Notes: generated by a model not told the origin, from the letters alone. Counted from the first letter of the whole stretch, positions 12,405 through 26,661 are shown. The stretch: DNA of 62,886 nt, filler included, from Octopus bimaculoides (GCF_001194135.2; 6 parts of 6 records of this genome joined end to end with filler, not necessarily neighbours in it); one strand, 5' to 3'. Translations and numbers: made by a program.

Positions 12405-12990
12405 ACATTCCAGAATATCTGCGAGGTCAACTTTGCTTTTCATCCTTTCGGGGGTCGATAATTCAGTACCATTTAAGTACAGGAGTCAATGTGATCGACT
12501 ATCCCGCTCCCCAGGAATTCTAGGCCTTGTAAGTATTATGGAAAAAATATTACAATACAGAACGCGGCGAGGTGGCAGAAACGTTAGCACGTTGAGCGAA
12601 ATGCTTAGCAGTATTTCGTCTGTCTTTACGTTCTGAGTTCAAATTCCGCCGAGGTCGACATTACCTTTCATCCTTTCGGGGTCGATAAATTAAGTACCAG
12701 TTACGCACTGGGGTCGATGTAATCGACTTAATCCCTTAATCCCAGTTGCGTACTGGGATCGATCTACTCTTCTGGCTCCCCCTCCCACAAAATCGTTGCA
12801 GCGCCAGGCAAAATTTTAGCGGCATTTCTTCCAATTTTACGTTCTGAGTTCAAATTCCGCCGAGGTCGACATTACCTTTCATCCTTTCGGCGTCGAAAAC
12901 CAAGTACCAGCTGAACACGGCAGTCGATATGATCAACTTACCCCGCTACCGAAATTTCAGGCCTTGTACCAAAACTTGAAACCAATATTA
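12405..12990 (+). mobile_element. Tandem cluster of SINE family A copies (about 12405-12550 partial, 12563-12790 chimeric, 12793-12990)
   Basis: Three repeats of the GAGGTC(A/G)AC...CATCCTTTCGG core; an intact head GCGGCGAGGTGGCAGAAACGTTAGCAC at about 12564. Confidence 0.9.
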
Positions 12991-15171
12991 CATTACAGAA
13001 TCTTGGAATGAATTGGCCTAAGGTTGGAAAAGGAAAATTAAGTAAATAGACACTATGGAGAATGGATATTATATGTATAATTCAGATGCACAGGCTTACC
13101 TCATACGCTGTCGTTATGAGTTTGCTTAAATCTTTTGTAGTGATATATGTGAAGCAGGCTGTGACTTAAACTATGATGGTATTATGTGTATCAGGCACGT
13201 GCCGTTAGTAATTACTCAGGGTTGGCATTTGGTGACCTTTATGTAGTAAAACACATAAAAAGTACGTGAAACACAGGCACACGACTGAGTTGAAGACAGA
13301 TTTACCTCTACTTTTATAGCCCATAAAGAAAACGTTGTTGTAGGAGTGTACGCAGCACATGTACTACAGCATTACTATGCGTAGCTTAAATACTGAGATA
13401 GAAAATCAGGGGCAAATTATGCCTACCTAATCTACAAAAGAACAAAATATTTTGTATGTTATACATAATAATCAGAGTAACCTTCATTTTATTGAATTAT
13501 TTGCATATTTTGCCATAAAATGTTGCTATCAATCTATTTTACTCAAGGCAGGAACTGCCTACCTTGCCTCCTAGGCGGCATGTCCCTGATGTATATCTCA
13601 CTTTCCTGTAGAAAGCCACAACACAACACTATTCGTCTTGAGAAATCATATATTATAGACGTATACTGGTGGGAAGCGCATATTTATGTGCTTCATAGCA
13701 CTATACTTTTGTATGAGATTCTTACACAAGACGCACATTGAAGTGTTGTGTATTTCTACTGTACGTCCACGTTTAGCATGTTATACAGAATACTATTTTG
13801 AACTAATACTGCTACCGCGGCAACTGATAACTTTTTACCAAAGCAACCAGCTATTTTTGACATCAGGGATTTCTTAATTATTGTTTTGCTAATCACGCGG
13901 TTGATACTGGATACTCGCTAAATATGACGTGCAAAGATGCAGAAATCCAGATTTAACAATTGCACCGCCGCTACTGGAGGCTTTTTCGTCAGCTGCCGAT
14001 ACATTACTGTACTTCTTAGCACTATAGGTCTATGCGAGATATTTTCTTAAGACGTATACCACACTAAACTGTGCTTGGAATATCATTGCGGGAGCATATT
14101 CGAAATGATGTGATTCAAAACCGAAGTGATTGCGGAATACTGAAAGCATAAGTTCTACTATGCTTTCTTTTCGGATATTCACGTTTAGTAAGGAATACAG
14201 AGTTCTATTCTGAACTAATGCTTCAGTCCCTCATAACGATTTTTTTTTACACTATGAGATAAAGTATAGGTGTAAAGTTCAGTTGATAGAACTAACTCTA
14301 TGGAAACATATTTATTTTATTCTATTATGTACAGAGAACACGGTAGGAATATTTAACTTACGAAGTTTATGTGCTGCTTTTAATCTACCTTTGCATTACT
14401 ACTTTAAAAAATATATAACCGTTTACTATATACTCGAATTAAATATGTAGAATTACTAGTATTTTCCAAAGTAATTTTTAAAAACTGATCTCTTGCGCTT
14501 GCTCATAGCTCTTCCTAAATATCACTTCAATCAATTATGTAGAGTAAGTTTTGACGAATAAGCTATTTGGTAGCAAGTAAAAAAGAATTCAAATATTATA
14601 TCTATTGTTAGAATTGTAATGTTTGTCTTTTTTCAATATTGGAATTGCATAACATTCGTTACATATTCCCTTTCGGCGAACGAAAAGAAACACTGAATTT
14701 AAGTATACATGAGTGCATAAACACGCTCAAACATAAATATATACACACACAAATATATATATATATATATATATATATTATGTAAACATATTGTGTGTGA
14801 TCGTAAACTCGTTTAAAAATATGATGTTTGATATCGATATATATGCAGAGCAAAGAAACACTCACTTACCCACACACACACAGAGGCACACAAAAACCAT
14901 ATAGACATACGCATTCATATGTGACTGAGAGTATAAATGAATTCATACTCTGAAAACAAAAACACATATATACACACTCGCATACGTCATTGTACTTTCG
15001 TGTGTGCGTCAGTGTGTACATATGCGTGCGTATGTAAGTGTGTGAGCATGAGTGTATGCGTGTAATGATAAATCAGTAAGTAAATATGAATATATATATT
15101 CTTTTAAAAAAAAAACATACACACCCAACAGGAATAACATTTAAAACTTTAAATTTACAAAAAACAATAAA

Positions 15172-15175
15172 TGAC

Positions 15176-15240
<65 letters not shown>
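15172..15240. repeat. (AAT)n microsatellite
   Basis: Direct. Confidence 0.95.
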
Positions 15241-15241
<1 letters not shown>

Positions 15242-16000
15242 GAAAGATAAATATATTTTCTTATCTAGATCGGTAGGTTGGTGGGTATACATGAAGATAT
15301 TATTCCACCAGCATTGTATACACCCACCACTCTATACTTGCTACCAACAAAAATACAGTGATCTAAAGATTTATCTTTGATCTTTTACAAAATGAAACAG
15401 ATCGATGGGGCGTAGAAAGTTTGATGATATGAGAGATGTAAATGAATGGAAGATGGCGATTTTAGAGATAATGGGTAAATGATAAACGTAAGATAATAAA
15501 TGATGAAATAGTAAAATAAATATATCAAGGTATATAATAAATGACAGAAATGTAAGATAGATAAATAGAAAAATAAAAGAAAGAATGTTAAATCAAATAT
15601 AGATGCATACACAAAGTATGTAATTGCGGATGAATTTAACATTAAAATCTCAAGCTAAATGTTTTCCAGCGTTCACTATATGTTTATATATAGGTATATC
15701 ATAGATGAGTATCGCTACGAATAGGACTAGTGATCTTGTTTTTACGATTTGTTTTTTTTTGTTTTTGTTTTGTTTTTGCATTAGTTTGGGTTTGTTTTGT
15801 TTTTGTTTTGTTCCATTTGGTTGTTTGTGTTTTTTTGGTGGGGGGTTTTTTTGTGGGGTGGAGGAATGTACAGGTTATATTTCATTTTATGGTATTTTTT
15901 GTTGTTGTTGTTGTGCTGCTTGTCTATGGAAGAACGTATGTATGCACATGTATCAACACGCATTATGGGATTTAAGTATCCATATAAATATGTATATGAT

Positions 16001-16032
<32 letters not shown>

Positions 16033-16180
16033 NNNNNNNNNNNNNNNNNNNNNNNNNNNNNNNNNNNNNNNNNNNNNNNNNNNNNNNNNNNNNNNNNNNN
16101 NNNNNNNNNNNNNNNNNNNNNNNNNNNNNNNNNNNNNNNNNNNNNNNNNNNNNNNNNNNNNNNNNNNNNNNNNNNNNNNN

Positions 16181-16243
<63 letters not shown>

Positions 16244-16799
16244 TATGAATATATAGATACATGCATAGGAATACATATACATAAACAAGCACACACACAA
16301 ACACACACATATATATAAATATATATAGACATCTTATACATATTATTTACATCAACTGATCTATTCTATACATATACATGTATACATTTAACACGCACAT
16401 ACGTATATATTACACATATGCATATACAAACCTCTGTGTATGACAGAAAAACAGAGAAAGAGAGCGTTTGTGTGCACATATGTGTGTGCGTATAAAAAGC
16501 ATACGTAGTCATGCCGGAGTTATAAGGATGTTTGCTTCGTTATCGCGATCCGCAGGTTCGAGTCCTCCTTCCTGCTTCTTTGGCAAGTACCGCATAGCAT
16601 AGCTACGGTTCAGCGCAGTTTTAAGTGAAATAGGACTGACGTAAAACTGAAAATAGACATTGGCTATACTGAACCTGTTATTCAAAGCGTTACCCTTTGC
16701 CACAAACACTCACTATCACTTTGCCACAAACACAACTTTGTTAATACGTACGTTAACAGAACATAGCCGCGGAACACTCAAACACATCTACTGTACGAA

Positions 16800-17221
16800 T
16801 CTGCGGTCATGCTGGGGCACAGCCATGAAGAATTTTAGACAAATTAATCGACGCAGGACTTTATTTTTTTCTTTAAGCCTGGTACTTACTGTATCTGTTT
16901 CTTTTTGCCGAGCTGATAATTTACAGATACGTAAACAAACCAACACCGGCTGTCAAGCGCGCGTGCACAAAAAATATAGTAGCATCAGTTAATTATATTT
17001 TTATACAATATATTCTTTAAAGCAAGGAACTTTTCCGCACCCCATCGCATATGAATACGACGGACTTCTTTAAGTTTTTGTCTAACAAATCCACTCACAA
17101 AGCTTTGGTCGGCTCAAGAGTATAGTAGAAGATACGTGCCCAAAGTGCCACGCAGTGGAACTGAACCTGCAACCATGTGGTTGGGACGCAAACAGTTTAC
17201 AGCACAGACACTCCTGTGCTT
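16800..17221 (-). mobile_element. SINE family B, older diverged copy
   Basis: CAAATCCACTCACAAAGCTTTGGTCGG...CAAAGTGCCACGCAGTGGAACTGAACC...CCATGTGGTTGG, plus the 3' part at 16800-16960. Confidence 0.8.
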
Positions 17222-17546
17222 ATAATTATAAGCATCTAAGAATACGATGTTTTGTAAACGTGAATCATCGTAGTCGAAACTGGCGAAGATCCATTTTTAT
17301 TAATTTCATCGATTCAGAAACGTATATTATTATGTATAATACGAAGATATGGTCTCGTTAGCCAATCAATAATCTTCTTTTATACCTTGTGTATGATATT
17401 TGTTGATGTGTTTGTTGTTGGTATTGTTGTTTTTGCTTCGATGGAGGTTTTTCATTTTGCCCTGACATTTTAGAATGTGGAAGCTAGAAATCTTTCTCAG
17501 AATCTTCAATTTCTATGTTAATGGGTGTTTAATGATACTGCGCTGA

Positions 17547-17597
<51 letters not shown>

Positions 17598-18829
17598 TTT
17601 GTATATCCGCTAATGGTATCGGTGATGATGATGATGATGAGGGTGATGATGGTGATTATAATAATTAGGAAGTAAACGGTGGGCGTAGAATATTATGATC
17701 AATAGATTGTATGCATGTTCGAATACATAATTATATCTCTCGCTTTCGATCTCTGTCTATTTCTGTATACACACAAGCAGACGTACATGCGTATACAGAA
17801 TCGCTTATAATTATATAACTATACACACACACAAATAAACATATGATTACGCATACGCACACACACACGTACATCTATAAAATGCGTGCGTATTCGTGCA
17901 TGTCTTTGTGTTTGCGGGTGTATGCTTGTCCTTGTGTATATGTGTGTATGTGAAACACATATTTGAGTATAAGCCTGTAGAGCCAATTAATAAACGTATA
18001 TCGATAACTGTGCATAGGTAGATAAATATATATTATTTAAGAACTGTAGAATTGCATACCACAGCACATTTACCTTCACGTGTGTACATAACTTCACCTA
18101 CATAATCATATACATCATTTATTCGTGAAATGAAACAATCCATTGTCAGCAGATATACAGATATGTGTGCATGAATATATGTATGTATATATATATATAT
18201 ATATGTCTGTATATATATATNNNNNNNNNNTATATATATATATATATATGTAAGTATATATATATATATAAATGTATTTATGTATGTATATATGTATGTA
18301 TATCAGCATATATATGTGTGTATGTATATGTGAGTTGGTATATGTGTGTGTGTTTGTGTGTGTACGTTTATGTATGCATTATTGTGTATGTGTGACCTGA
18401 GAAGATGCATCACATAGCTTATATTGTATTATGCTGGTTATTAGACCAGTTCCTCAACATTTAAACGATGAAGTATTTCTCGTCATTGTGAAGCACTATC
18501 GAAAATGTTGATAATGGAGTGATATGGCATAAACAGAGCGATAGCTTCATCGTTGCCAATCTGGCAGTGTATCTTTATGACTTTTTAAGAAGCATACATC
18601 AGGTGTTTAAAATGAAATATAGTCTCTTAAACAGGAAACTTGGAACTTGAGTGAAGCCGTAAAGCCTGTCTTGAGCAACAATGAAACCATTGCAATTTGT
18701 CATGCCCCGTATTTACTCAGTGTCTCATATATAATAATAGACTTTCATTTAAATTAATAGCCTGTCTCTGTCTGATACGGAAATATCACAGACAATGAAG
18801 TATTTGCTGAAGATTTCATAGAATAGGTG

Positions 18830-19330
18830 TAGGTAAATGTTTAGGTTAAGAAGTTTCTTTGCAACCACATAGTTTGGGGTTCAGTCTCACTGTGCGACAG
18901 AACTTCGGTGAAGTGTCTTCAACTATAGGCCTCGGGCTGACCAATGTGTAGTAAGTGAAATTGGTGTCGAAGTGAAAGCGGCCGAAACAGTTACAGAGCT
19001 GCTCATCTGTTGAGACATCAAATTCTGCATCCGTAGACGGAGAACAGCACACACACGCACTCACATATGTATANNNNNNNNNNNNNNNNNNNNNNNNNNN
19101 NNNNNNNNNNNNNNNNNNNNNNNNNNNNNNNNNNNNNNNNNNNNNNNNNNNNNNNNNNNNNNNNNNNNNNNNNNNNNNNNNNNNNNNNNNNNNNNNNNNN
19201 NNNNNNNNNNNNNNNNNNNNNNNNNNNNNNNNNNNNNNNNNNNNNNNNNNNNNNNNNNNNNNNNNNNNNNNNNNNNNNNNNNNNNNNNNNNNNNNNNNNN
19301 NNNNNNNNNNNNNNNNNNNNNNNNNNNNNN

Positions 19331-19363
<33 letters not shown>

Positions 19364-19670
19364 TACGCATACACGCACACACGCACATGCACACACACAC
19401 ACGCACACACACATATATATATATACATACGCATGCATATATATATATACATATATACTTATGGGCATATGCCTTTGTGTGTGTGTGTTTGACCCCCACC
19501 AACCCTTGAAAACCAGTCTTCACTTGTCATGCTCTCGCAACTTAGCGCAGAGAAGCCCAAAAGAATAGGTACCAGATTAAAATTAAGAAGCGGTGTGGAT
19601 TTGTTCAACTAAAATACATCAAAACGATGCATCTATATGGCTGTAGTCCAGTGCTTGAAATAAGCACGAA
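18830..19670 (+). mobile_element. Diverged SINE family B split by an expanded microsatellite and gap (5' half about 18830-18964, 3' half about 19480-19670)
   Basis: GCAACCACATAGTTTGGGGTTCAGTCTCACTG...AAGTGTCTTC...CCTCGGGCTGACCAA on the left. TTTGACCCCCACC...CTTGAAAACC...AGAATAGGTACCAG on the right. Confidence 0.65.
18963..19050 (+). repeat. Unclassified dispersed repeat (family U), short copy
   Basis: GGTGTCGAAGTGAAAG...CAGAGCTGCTCATCTGTTGAGACAT...AGACGGAG aligns with 20262-20350. Confidence 0.7.
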
Positions 19671-20129
19671 ATAGAAATAAAAACCTACCGTAATATCTAA
19701 GTTCAAGAAATGCATTGCATGATAAAAACAACGGGAAATTTAATGGTTAGAAATTTTCTCACACTTCGCTATTAACACACAAATACATTTCACTCACGGA
19801 GTACACATGAATGACATAAATGTTTTCTAACCCTATCTATCGTGAAGAATAATAAACCCACTTTATAAATTTGACTTGTCCTAAGAGGAATTGAATTATT
19901 AATTCCCCGGGTCCTTTTTCTTTCTTCCCTGAGAAAACATTGGCTAGAAGTCAGTACGCCTTCCTTTAGAATTATGTGTTAGAGGATTTGTTGGAACTAG
20001 GATTTACTCGATGCTTAAAAGGCTTCGACTAACTGCAAAAGAAGAGAAACGTTTTTGTTAGAAAATTATTGGAAGCGGCTGAGAAAGCAAACCCTAATAT
20101 GTGAAATCTAGCTCAAGAGAGATGACGAG

Positions 20130-20392
20130 TGGTGGAGTAAGAGCGAGCATTGAGGATGACAGAAACATCCAACACTGAGTCGCAGCCTCTGATTCAACAA
20201 AGCTCAGTACTATTATGCGGATGTTTTGTCGGTGTCATCGATTGGTGACCCCTGACTGCTCTGGCGTCGAAGTCAAAGATGCCGAGAAAACTACAGAGCT
20301 GCTCACCTCTTGTTGAGACATGAAATGATGCTTTCAGAGACGGAGTACAGCAGCGGTCGCAGCACACAAATGCTTACTCTAAACTGTTGACC
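20130..20392 (+). repeat. Unclassified dispersed repeat (family U), longest copy
   Basis: Aligns over about 230 nt with the reverse complement of 6310-6545 (roughly 70% identity by eye, one internal indel). Confidence 0.75.
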
Positions 20393-20720
20393 ATTCTACT
20401 AACATATATGGTTAAATCGCTTTACGTAGTGGGAGCGGGGACAGTTTCTTGAATTCACAAATATTTTGCAATTCAACCGTAAGGACTTCAGTTCTAATAA
20501 TGGTACGATGGCGTTAACACGGATAAGACTTGTGAGATTCATTGTGTTTTCCTTCAAGGTTCTTCACTGGCGAGTGATAACGACTGTGTCACTGCCGCAC
20601 CACATGTACCAGCCCGACGCTGGTAAATTATAGCTACCCAACCATAGAGCGAATAATCTGAAGATACGACAAAAGTCGTTGGAATTTAAAAAAGCTATAT
20701 TACATTTAGAAGTCCAAAAA

Positions 20721-21122
20721 CTCTACTCTTTTACTCTTTTAATTGTTTCAGTCATTTGACTGCGGCCATGCTGGAGCACCACCTTTAGTCGAGCAAATCG
20801 ACCCCAAGACTTATTCTTTGTAAACCTAGTACTTATACTATCGGTCTCTTTTGCCAAATCGCTAAGTTACGGGGACCTAAACACACCACCATCGGTTGTC
20901 AAGCGATGTTGGGGGACAAACACAGACACACAAATACACACATATATATACATATATACGACTGGCTTCTTTCAGTTTCCGTCTACCAAATCCACTCACA
21001 AGGCTTTGGTCAGCCCGAGGCTATAGTAGAAGACACTTGCCCAAGGTGCCACGCAGTGGGAATGAACCTGAAACCATGTGGTTGGTAAGCAAGCTAATTA
21101 CCACACAGCCACTCCTGCGCCT
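20721..21122 (-). mobile_element. SINE family B, full length
   Basis: Complete from the head (minus-strand AGGCGCAGGAGTGGCTGTGTGGTAA) to the CTCTTTTACTCTTTT tail, with a short internal TA/CA tract. Confidence 0.92.
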
Positions 21123-22157
21123 GTGTCACCGCCGCCCCACATGATACTGTAAAAGTCTACAGATACAAAGGAATGCGAACGCGACACTAAGTAAACTGAA
21201 ATCTTACAATAATATTTACAATAGGAATGCAGACTTTAAAGAACGTAGCACTTCAGCCAACTGCTGATATGTCGTTATCATGTGATTCTTGACATCACTG
21301 CACTTTGTATACACCGACTGTTGTTACGACCGATATGACTGTAGGCCACGAGGTTGTTTATCAGCAAAAGGCGACCAATGTTGATCACTTAGAGAATATA
21401 AAACTCGTAACACAATAAAATATCTATTTCCCTCTATAAATCACAATACTGTACTCCGACATAGAAGTTTCTAGAAGGATAGACGAAATAAGCACTGATG
21501 CGTGTATGAAGCTGATTCTAACGCCAAATGCAATTCATATGTCGGAATGAATGTCTACTGGAGTGTTGATTCCGTCATTTAGGCTTACCCAAACGTCGTG
21601 ATTGATTCGTGAATGGAATTTGTGAATCGGCAATTTCAATCAATGTTGCCGACTCAAGAAAGCCCACAACCGGTGTATTTCTTAAGTAACTGCAAAGCAG
21701 TTCGCCATAATTGTTTTCAGAATAAATATATTGCCACTATAACTGCTTATATTAGCTTCTTCGCGGGGTTTTATCCAGCCAAGGTCACTGTTTGAATGAC
21801 GTTGATCATAATTCTGTTCGATAAGCGATGACTTAAGGCTAAATGTCAACAACAACAACAACAATAACAACATAAAAAATGCAAGCACAATAACAACAAA
21901 ATAGTGTGCTACCATGCAATACCAAGTTACAGGTTAGGCTGCTACTCTCGTTAACAATATTAATTATATCAACATGTTTTGCCTCGATGCAGGAAATACA
22001 ATTGAAGAGAATGAGAACGTTAGTGACATGATGTATCTACTTACAAGCTAGGTGACAACACAGTGAGAATGTGAATTATACAAACACACACACACACACA
22101 GCACACAAAGACATACACACAAATATAATATATATACATATAAATAATGTGTGCACA

Positions 22158-22194
<37 letters not shown>

Positions 22195-22204
22195 NNNNNN
22201 NNNN

Positions 22205-22238
<34 letters not shown>

Positions 22239-23038
22239 GTATACATGTATATATGTGTGTGTCTATTGAAGTATGTATATGTGTACACACAAGGTGGTAA
22301 CCAACTACTTGTTTCTCATATAACTCGCTTTACAGTTAAGTAGACACGGTTTTATGAGTACTAAGGATATTGGCTATGATTATAAAGCAGTGAGTTTGAC
22401 AGAAAACGAATCTCCGACTTGTTGGATATTTATGTTTGTTTTAATTCTATTGATTCGTTTGGTTTGTCCATGCGTATGCAATGAAACATAGCATAGAGGA
22501 AACAAAGTGGCCATAAATAAACTGCCGAAATGGATTCACCGTCCAATAAAATGATAAAATAAGCAAAGACAAATGAAAAGGAAATAAAATCAGAGACAAA
22601 AGAATTATAACTGAAAATCAGTAGGGTTTTATGATTTGGACAGAAGACAAAGAGTAGCGGCCATAGCTTTTGCAGTGCGTCTGAAACATGTTGTAGGAAG
22701 TGAGCGAGGTAACCATAACTTGTGGATTACTGTAGTAAGATGGATCGCAGTTCAAAGGTAAAGTATTTTCACGTTGGACTCCTAGTCTGAAAACACACTA
22801 CAGTGTGAAAAATGTTTATGACATCCCCGCAGATGTAAAGGTGTTACAAATGGTGATGTAAGAGTTTAAGTCTACTATCCGCGAGCAGGCCCAGTGCATT
22901 CAGCGGTTTTCCCCACTATTTCAATCTACTTGATTTTACTCCCGATGTTTCGTTTCAATGAGGGTATGGTAGAAACCACGCTATAAAGTTATGCATATAT
23001 TTGGGGCTATACGATTGCAAAGCGAACTTTTTCCATGT

Positions 23039-23250
23039 CCGGTAAGTTCACCGTCATCCATGCGCCGCAGGGTAAGTTCATCGTAAAAAAAGTTCACAGC
23101 CAGGAAGTTTTATGGAGAAATAAGTTCACAGTGGGAGAATTTTTTAAAAAAGGGTTATTTTTAAACTCTAATGTTCACGGTGAACTTTCTTCACGGTGAA
23201 TTGATGGCGAAGAACTCTCCTGCAATGAATTGATGGTGGTGAACTGTAAT
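23039..23250. mobile_element. MITE-like element with inverted subterminal repeat arrays
   Basis: Four AAGTTCA(C/T) copies on the left (23044, 23074, 23090, 23122) face GTGAACTT, GTGAATTG, ATGAATTG and GTGAACTG on the right. No ORF; TSD not identified. Confidence 0.55.
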
Positions 23251-25739
23251 CAACTGTTTTAATTGTGTAAGCATGACAAAGAATTAGTCGACGTTGTCTC
23301 AGCTATATGAAGAAAGCTGCTAAACTAACAAGAGAAACAAGTTTAAAAGAGAAACAAGTGCTCGTCTGAAGTGTAATCTCATAGTATAAAGCTGGAGTTA
23401 AATAAATTTAGGTCTTAGAACGTTGCAAAATAAAATATTATTGAATATTGGCTGTAGATATTACCTGAATAAAATATACATACATTCCTAGATTGCATGT
23501 TCTGTGACAGAAGTGGGGAATGTTTAAAATATGGAAAATAACTACTTGAATAAGCTCAGCTAATGTGGCATTAGCAAACAACCCGTGATCGGGATTAATC
23601 CAGCATAATAATAGAATGAAAAAAAAAAAGATGGATTTAGGTAATGCACTGGGAACAGAGAAATATATGGTGAAATGGAAGAAAGGAACTAATGAAGAGC
23701 TTCCTTACGTTTCTTTAGGGTATCTTTCTAAATTAAAACCAAATTGACCACCGAGTGAAAAGCACGTAATAGCTTCGATTGCTTTCGGTGTGCACAACTT
23801 GGATTCATTAAATAATATATTGAGAGGGCATGAAATGATAATTAATGCGTCGCTTGTGTGCGCTAGTTCTAGAAACTTAGTTAAAAATTTGATCTCAAAA
23901 CGATTTGTTGTGAGGGGAAAGTGGGTGGTTGCCCGGATTCTAGTTCAAAATTTGTGATATCATAAAGATGAAGCATGATCGAAAACAGTACGTATTTTAT
24001 GGATTGTGGACATAAATCTTGACATAGAAAGAAATGAGTATCAAAAGTATATGTAATATTTTTAAAACCCTGATTTTTCAGATCTGGGAGAGAGGTCAAT
24101 GCAAAGTGGATCTGGACCATAGCAAAAAGTGTAATGACTGGGACAGTTATCTTCTAACGATAAACATTGCTCAGAGTGGCTGCAAGTGCTAAGATGATGG
24201 ATCAGCTTGGGGAAGTTGGGAGCCAGATTTTAAAATGTCCTGTGTGTTACAGATGTAGTGTTCCAAATTGAGAAACAGCATGTAAATGTAAATGTAAATT
24301 AAGGTGTTTTTGGTGCGTGTGAATAAAAGCGAATTGATACTATCTGATGCCGAGAAGAAATCGGTTTGGAGATTATACTACCTGAAGTTGCTAAATGAAG
24401 AGATTTTTTTAGTAATAAGATAAACAAAGGCGTCAGCTATTTAGAGTTATATGGTTAAAAATACAATGATGAGTATGGTTACAGTGTAAACAACTGGAAC
24501 ACTAGCAATATTTCCAGAGTTGTAGACAATATCTGGTGAGGTATGGCACACGTTAGTTACTTGCTTTGTTAATCAGGTAATAAAGAAAGAAAAAAGTCAT
24601 AATGTAATGTAGTTTTACTTGTTTTTTATACTCTTTCAAACATTGACAAGTAATTGTGTTTTTGAAAGAATCTAATAATATCTGGAATGATTTGAAGTAA
24701 GATAACCGAAAGTATAAGGGAAATAATTTGAAATATTAAAAATATGAAAAGGAAATATTTTAAGTGTTTACTGTAAAGATACAAGACTAAAATCACAAGA
24801 TACTGCTGAAAGAGCCATATTCTTTTTCAGCGATAAATTCTGCTATTTAAAATTTGTGGAAGATAATTCGAAGGCAAGGTTTTAGAAATCGGGTCTACAT
24901 GAACTTAACAATTCCTTATCTTTTGTTTAATGTGTGCAAGTCTTGAAACAAGCTGAAAGCGCTTTCGCCTAAACATCTTTTAAAATACAATTGTTGCATG
25001 TAAGGAGAGGAAACGTTTTATTCTAACTACCTGAAGGACGTTAACGATTAACAAAGGGGGAAAATGGCGGAGTAAATATTAGTTGTCATATTATAGATGC
25101 ATTCTGCATACCACAGAACTATTTATAACTGTAGATACTCCGCTACGGCTGTAAGATGTTAACATAGAAGAAATATAAATCTACATGTTGATGTGAAGCA
25201 AGTCAAATGTCACGTAATGATCGTGGAACACCTGACATCTATTCAGGATGAGATCATCCGAGACATTTATTTAATTGCTCTATATATGTAATTATGTAAA
25301 GAAAAGACTGCTGGTTAATGATATCTAGCAAGCGTTCACTCATTCTTATAAATTTGGCAGCGAAATTACCTTCGAATCGAAACCTGCTGTCATCGATTTG
25401 CTTGAATGGACATGATCCTCGGGCTCAAATAAACGAAACGACAAGACAATCACACGCCAGTTGTGAAATTGAACCTAAGATGCGTAATCCAGTTGTGCTC
25501 CAGTTCTGTAACCAATTTACCATTTAACCTTGAATGCGTAAGTTCTACGTTCGAGAAATGTAAGGTTAATAAATGAGTGGGGAAATAAAATAATAATAAT
25601 AACAAAAAAAAAAAAAAAAAAAAAAAAAACGAAGAAAAGCTATCACATGCGGGTGGGTGTAGATAGCTGTCTGAACTTGGCGCCAGAGAGAAAAGGAAAG
25701 ATATGTATGCTGTAATAGAGAAGTAATAAAGGAAACAAA

Positions 25740-25740
25740 A

Positions 25741-25806
<66 letters not shown>

Positions 25807-25812
25807 TATTAT

Positions 25813-25845
<33 letters not shown>

Positions 25846-25862
25846 TACTATTATTGTTGTTA

Positions 25863-25908
<46 letters not shown>

Positions 25909-25931
25909 CATCATTATTATTATTATTATTT
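25740..25931. repeat. (TAT)n microsatellite
   Basis: Direct. Confidence 0.95.
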
Positions 25932-26532
25932 ATGTTGCTTTAGATTTTGTTTTCGGCAGGCGGAGATAAGACGAAGAAGACGACAAAGATGTTGGTCATG
26001 ACGATGACGACGAAGACACCACTGATAAAGACAATGCAGGCAGTGGTGTTGGTTTTCTTGGCGGTGATGCTGACAGTGATGGCGTTGGTAGTAATGCGAT
26101 GCTAGGATGGAATGAACCAAGGTCACATCTATTATTATTGATACATTTTGCCCCAGTAAATTCCCGTGCAATTGAACAATTTTCTGATAAGACTTTCATT
26201 TCCTGAAACCGACTGGCAGTAATCAATCTTCAAGATTGTGGTCATAACTGTAACTGGCGTATTATAGAGAAACACATTCTCTCTCTCACACACACACACA
26301 CCCACACAAATAGAAACACTCGTGCACTCACACATACATGCACTCACCCGTACAAACACACACACACACACACACACTTACACGTATGTGTCACATATCC
26401 AAACACACGTATACAAACTTTCATACGTATACATACTGACACAAGGAAAGAAACATAGAAAAATATAAATTTGTGTGATTCTGTAAATGTGTGTGTGACC
26501 GTGTGTGTGTGACCGCGTATGTGTGACCGTGT

Positions 26533-26574
<42 letters not shown>

Positions 26575-26661
26575 TTGTCTGTGCATAAGTTGATGTGTGA
26601 CACGTGTGTACTTGCATATATTGATGTATACATAATTACCTATTTACCTATTCATATATAT

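Noticed and set aside
16513-16580. GGTTCGAGTCC B-box suggesting a tRNA gene
   Set aside because: No cloverleaf stems or acceptor pairing; at most a decayed SINE head. The overlapping minus ORF (16509-16709) has no recognisable homology.
25996-26226. Ser/Pro-rich minus ORF as a possible GPCR C-tail
   Set aside because: Its composition is explained by degenerate GAT/GGT repeat sequence, and no linking TM7 exon was found.
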